A stretch of 63,667 nucleotides of DNA, filler included, from Octopus bimaculoides (Eukaryota), in the NCBI RefSeq assembly GCF_001194135.2. It is 8 parts of 6 records of this genome, joined end to end, with 100 filler letters (N's around TTAATTAATTAA, not from the genome) between each part and the next. Parts side by side here need not be neighbours in the genome. Positions count along the whole stretch, not along the records: positions 61,231 to 63,667 come from NC_068982.1; 7 more parts are not named here. The stretch is one strand, 5' to 3'. The notes under the pieces are model-generated. The model saw only the letters and a program-made list of their open reading frames with translations, was not told the DNA's origin and searched no databases. Position numbers and translations under genes: made by a program. Below, one piece after another: positions 63,595-63,667 of this stretch (position 1 is its first letter; each line of letters starts with the position of its first letter).

Positions 63595-63667
63595 TAATAA
63601 TAAAGGAGTCACGACGCAAAAACGTATAAATTCAAAAGAACATATTTATCTTCTTCAATATATATTT

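Overview
Repeat-saturated, AT-rich eukaryotic DNA from a gapped draft assembly. The SINE families and microsatellite load suggest a cephalopod, probably Octopus (inference). No intact host protein-coding gene is supported. Most long ORFs in the track are artefacts of N-gaps and microsatellites. Supported content: (1) more than 20 tRNA-head SINE copies or fragments from several families; (2) decayed transposons: Gypsy-type integrase plus LTR and a separate gag fragment, an RTE RT fragment, a near full-length mariner, a Buster/Charlie hAT transposase, a Tx1/L1-type zinc-knuckle ORF1 facing a CR1-group LINE (CCCH ORF1, APE, RT), an R4/Dong-type LINE in a (TAA)n tract, and three Penelope GIY-YIG endonuclease fragments; (3) a CpG-rich (ACGA/ACGT) satellite of about 2.7 kb; (4) seven 100-bp N44-TTAATTAATTAA-N44 scaffolding linkers, across which adjacency is not supported by sequence. 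Most interesting signals: four type-I hammerhead-ribozyme-like motifs, one inside a 233-bp palindrome with 79-bp arms; and two divergent copies of an element whose 3' end (conserved hairpin, about 130 nt, AATAAA) joins the same nucleotide of a SINE head, possibly an ORF1-only, SINE-targeting retroelement. All alignments were done by eye; no database searches were run.
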